From assembly GCA_965215885.1 (NCBI GenBank), contig CBDCEW010000029.1:1-10510 (forward strand): DNA of 10,510 bases, read 5' to 3'. Both the position numbers and the translations under genes were made by a program. Positions within the stretch are counted from its first letter, which is position 1; every line of letters begins with the position of its first letter. Under the pieces are notes generated by a model. The model was not told where the DNA came from, searched no databases, and saw only the letters and a list, made by a program, of their open reading frames with translations. Below, piece after piece: positions 7,524-10,510 of the stretch. The stretch comes from Candidatus Moanibacter sp. Its GTDB lineage: Bacteria > Verrucomicrobiota > Verrucomicrobiia > Opitutales > UBA2987.

Positions 7524-9203
7524 TCAGTCGTTGTGAGAAATCATAGGCGTCAGAAAGAAGATTGCGGCCATAATGAGATATCCACAGGCCCATGGCCAGG
7601 CCGGAAAAAGCTCCTTCCAGCTCCACGACCGGATATCACCTCCGGAACTCAGAGCATCCAGTAAGGGGAGGTTTACAACCGTATCGGAGGAAGTATATTG
7701 GTAAGCATGCATGAGGCCAATGAGGCAGAGCGCGGCGGCCAAAAGACTCCATAAGGCGGCATGTCTGAATTTCCTATCAATGATATAAACGGTTGTCGCG
7801 GAAAGAATCATGGCGGTGTAAAGAAATCCCTGCTCGAGGGCGAATCCCCCCTCAATGAAGACGTTTGATTCGTGGAAGTGGTGGATGAGATCGGGTGAAA
7901 ATGCGAGGCCTTCCATTGAGCCGACTCCCGCCGCCCGCAGGGAACTCTTAGAGATTAGTACACTCCAGGCTATGATTCCCGGTATCATTCCGACAACCAC
8001 CGCCATGTAATGTCGCTTAGGCGTTACTTCGAATGCTTGAGCGGCTAGAACCATACCGATCCAGATGAAGATGGCCAATCCGGCTTCGATCGGTATGGCC
8101 CATGCCACAAGCGAAATCGTTCCGGTCAGGCAGATAATGGTGACGAAGACTCCGTTTAGAGTCGAGTAGCCGGCCCGTGCTCCCATTGACTTCCATCCGG
8201 GATGGCCGATGTAGATGGAAGTGGGAAAGGGGGATCCGAAAAGGGAAGCAGCTACCGTTCCGATGCCGTTCACAATCAGAGAGGGTCGCTCAGGATAAGC
8301 ATCGCCGGCAGCTTCCGCCGATTCGATATTCTGAAGGGAGGCCAGGCCGCTGAGCAGGCCCATGGGCAGGATGATCGATAGAAAGGGTACAATGTTGTCT
8401 CCTGATAGGCCGACCATGAGGTCTCGAAATACGGGGAGGGGGAAGTAGAAGCCCGACTGTTCAAGTGGATTTGAACCACTGGGAGCGGCGCCCGTGATCC
8501 ATCCCAGGGCAGTGCCGACGATGATGACGACAAGCATTCCGGGTACGCCTTTGAAGAATTGGACCCGGCCGAATACGACGAGGAAGACGAGAGCGAGCGT
8601 CGGCAGGCCGACAATCGGCAGGGCGTAGAGCTGATATATGAAACCGAGAGAGAGAAAAGCGAGACCGGTGCCGGAAATCGTCGCCAACATGGCTGCGCGT
8701 GGGGTGACTGAGCGCACCCACTTGGCGGCGAAGGCGCAGAGAAACTCAATCACTCCGGTTGAGAAACAGGCCACCAGACCTGCCTGCCAGGCGATCGTAT
8801 CGGGGTCTTCCAATCCCTGCGCTTTGGCGATCTGCTTTGTCGGCAGCATGACGAGAAAGACGAAGGCGATGAGGGAGACCGTATTGATTCCGTAGGGTAG
8901 GGCGCAGACGTCTTCCCTTCCGGTCTTCTTGGCCAGTTTGAGCGCTTGCCAGGCATAGAATAAGTTGCCGACAAGGAAGGAAACCGCTACACCGGGAAGG
9001 ATCCTTCCGTAGATGAGCTCCGGCGGAAATCCCAGGACACCGTGCAAGAGGCTGACGAGGAGGAGCAACTGGATGAGGTTATCGATTCCGAGCGAGAAAA
9101 ACCCGTCGATGTCCCCTCTAACGAAGCCCTTCACGACAGATATGGATGTGAAATTCGCTGCGGATGTCGATTCACTATCCCGATAGGCATGCTCCTTGCG
9201 CAT
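7524..9203 (-). CDS. NCS2/AzgA-like nucleobase permease
   Basis: 559 aa, polytopic hydrophobic. FVRGDIDGFF..IDNL, ALPYGINT, TPRAAML, QNIESAEAAGD, GSPFPTSIYIGHPGWK.MGARAGYS. The start could be later (GTG at 9134). Confidence 0.92.
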   Translation of the reverse strand: MRKEHAYRDSESTSAANFTSISVVKGFVRGDIDGFFSLGIDNLIQLLLLVSLLHGVLGFPPELIYGRILPGVAVSFLVGNLFYAWQALKLAKKTGREDVCALPYGINTVSLIAFVFLVMLPTKQIAKAQGLEDPDTIAWQAGLVACFSTGVIEFLCAFAAKWVRSVTPRAAMLATISGTGLAFLSLGFIYQLYALPIVGLPTLALVFLVVFGRVQFFKGVPGMLVVIIVGTALGWITGAAPSGSNPLEQSGFYFPLPVFRDLMVGLSGDNIVPFLSIILPMGLLSGLASLQNIESAEAAGDAYPERPSLIVNGIGTVAASLFGSPFPTSIYIGHPGWKSMGARAGYSTLNGVFVTIICLTGTISLVAWAIPIEAGLAIFIWIGMVLAAQAFEVTPKRHYMAVVVGMIPGIIAWSVLISKSSLRAAGVGSMEGLAFSPDLIHHFHESNVFIEGGFALEQGFLYTAMILSATTVYIIDRKFRHAALWSLLAAALCLIGLMHAYQYTSSDTVVNLPLLDALSSGGDIRSWSWKELFPAWPWACGYLIMAAIFFLTPMISHND

Positions 9204-9261
9204 TCCCTTATCTTTGTCTATTTCTAAAGGACTTGAATTATTTAGATCCTGGAAAGTCGCT

Positions 9262-9582
9262 ATGCTGACGACAGCTGATCAGAAGATCGCTCGAGAACTA
9301 CGTCGTCGATTCTCGGCAACTGTGAAGGTGGTTGATTTTCGAATCTTTGGTTCGCGTGCTCGTGGGGATGCGACTGACGAGTCGGACTTCGATGTTTATC
9401 TTGTAGTGGAATCGGTGACGAATGCTCAGCGAAGGCGGATTGATGAAGCGGCGTGGGAAGTGGGATTCGAGCATGATCGAGTCGTTGCAACGATTGTAGC
9501 TACACCTGAGCAAATTGAGCATGGTCCGTTTGGAGCCAATCCGCTTCTACGTATCATTGAACGCGACGGTATCCAAGTATGA
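9262..9582 (+). CDS. Minimal nucleotidyltransferase (MNT) domain protein, antitoxin-type partner of HEPN
   Basis: 106 aa from ATG 9262. Pol-beta superfamily motif FGSRARGD...SDFDV is intact. Its TGA overlaps the next ATG (ATGA 9579-9582). Confidence 0.92.
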   Translation: MLTTADQKIARELRRRFSATVKVVDFRIFGSRARGDATDESDFDVYLVVESVTNAQRRRIDEAAWEVGFEHDRVVATIVATPEQIEHGPFGANPLLRIIERDGIQV

Positions 9583-9991
9583 CATCTGAGTCCGATCAAC
9601 TCCGGGCGTTAGTACTATACCGTCTGGAACAGGCGCACGAGACAGCGTGAGAGGCGAGTATTTTGATCGCGCAAGAGGCGTGGCGCGGGATGGTGAATCT
9701 GGCATATTACGCGATGTTTTACGGAGTCCTTGCAGTATTAGCTACCCGAAAATTGAGTGCTTCTAAGCACAGCGGAGCCTTGGGGCTTTTTGATCGTGAG
9801 TTTATAAACCAGGACTACTCTCCCGTGGCTTGTCCCGCTCCCTTCGCCTCGCTTTCAACCGACGCCAGGCTCACGATTATGGCGAAATCATAAGTACTGA
9901 CCAAAGCACGGCCCGGGAGGCATTTATTGAGGCCGAGACGTTCGTAGATGCGATCGAGCAATTTCTTTCTTCGGAAGGATACATTGAATAG
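9579..9991 (+). pseudogene. HEPN domain protein, disrupted
   Basis: Reads MTSESDQLRALVLYRLEQAHETA, then TGA at 9648-9650, then EASILIAQEAWRGMVNLAYYAMFY...SKHSGALGLFDREFI. A 1-nt deletion near the A run at 9806-9808 shifts the frame, which continues PGLLSRGLSRSLRLAFNRRQAHDYGE...EGYIE to TAG at 9989-9991. Confidence 0.9.
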
Positions 9992-10046
9992 ACCTACTTG
10001 GAGCTACTCCCAGAATTTGGGCGAGGTTTGGTTACGCTTGCGCGGG

Positions 10047-10510
10047 CTATGGCATCTGACCGACAAAGTGCATGGTGAATCGGGCTGCGGAGTGGGCTGC
10101 GACCGGACCGAGCCGCTGGTAATCGTCAGAGGGATTTTCCTGTGTAAGATTGCTCCCCGCGCGAATGACGAGGTGGGGGAGTTTCAGTTGGCGGCAGACC
10201 TGGCTGATGGATGACCCTTCCATTTCCATGATATCCGCCTTCAGTTTCTTTCGGATCTCCTTGATCCTCGCTTCCGACTGGCCAAATACATCCCCGGCGC
10301 AGATGATTCCGGGTCGTATTTTCGGTGTATAGGTAGCGCCGTCGACTGTGACCGGCCTCGGTTCGTAGGATTCAGCGGCTGTTTTGGCTAACTTCAGCAG
10401 GCGCCGATCGGCTGAATAGCGGAAGGGTGTTCGCGTTCCCTGGATCGGGCCCCGGAAATTGCGATACTGCATTCCTGTCGAGTTGAGTGTTCCCATATCG
10501 TGGTGGCAGG
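10047..10510 (-). CDS. MTA/SAH nucleosidase-like protein (PNP_UDP_1 family), 5' part outside window
   Basis: Frame is open to the window edge (CHHDMG...). Motifs GIICAGDVF, MEMEGSSISQVC and HLVIRAGSN. Confidence 0.88.
   Translation of the reverse strand, partial: CHHDMGTLNSTGMQYRNFRGPIQGTRTPFRYSADRRLLKLAKTAAESYEPRPVTVDGATYTPKIRPGIICAGDVFGQSEARIKEIRKKLKADIMEMEGSSISQVCRQLKLPHLVIRAGSNLTQENPSDDYQRLGPVAAHSAARFTMHFVGQMP

Noticed and set aside
142..8974. Numerous shadow ORFs overlapping the main genes
   Set aside because: They are antisense or alternate-frame ORFs of well-supported genes with no recognisable motifs.
9196..9261. Longer TTG start for MNT
   Set aside because: It overlaps the divergent permease start. 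ATG 9262 gives a typical roughly 106-aa MNT.
9648..9650. TGA as selenocysteine or an alternative genetic code
   Set aside because: Other genes here end at TGA normally, the position is not a Cys site, and a separate frameshift also breaks the gene.
1..10510. CRISPR array, tRNA or rRNA
   Set aside because: No regularly spaced repeats or RNA-gene signatures seen by eye. The HEPN gene has no cas context.

Overview
Bacterial window; the protein style suggests the PVC superphylum/Opitutales, but this is inference only. From left to right: the 3' end of an IS66 element (tnpC plus right terminal repeat ending at 1103), which appears to have truncated a small gene just upstream of a Maf/DUF115 flagellin-glycosylation-type gene; a small membrane protein; a signal-peptide-bearing WCGPC thioredoxin fusion; an FAD/NAD(P)-dependent oxidoreductase; a 182-bp CTAG-bounded MITE-like element that folds into one long hairpin; then a minus-strand run of PNP_UDP_1 nucleosidase (Asn in place of the catalytic Asp), AzgA/NCS2-type permease, divergent IspD/TarI cytidylyltransferase and DUF2784. 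That run is split by an opposite-strand MNT-HEPN pair in which HEPN is a pseudogene (premature stop plus frameshift). All calls come from motif recognition by eye; no searches were run.
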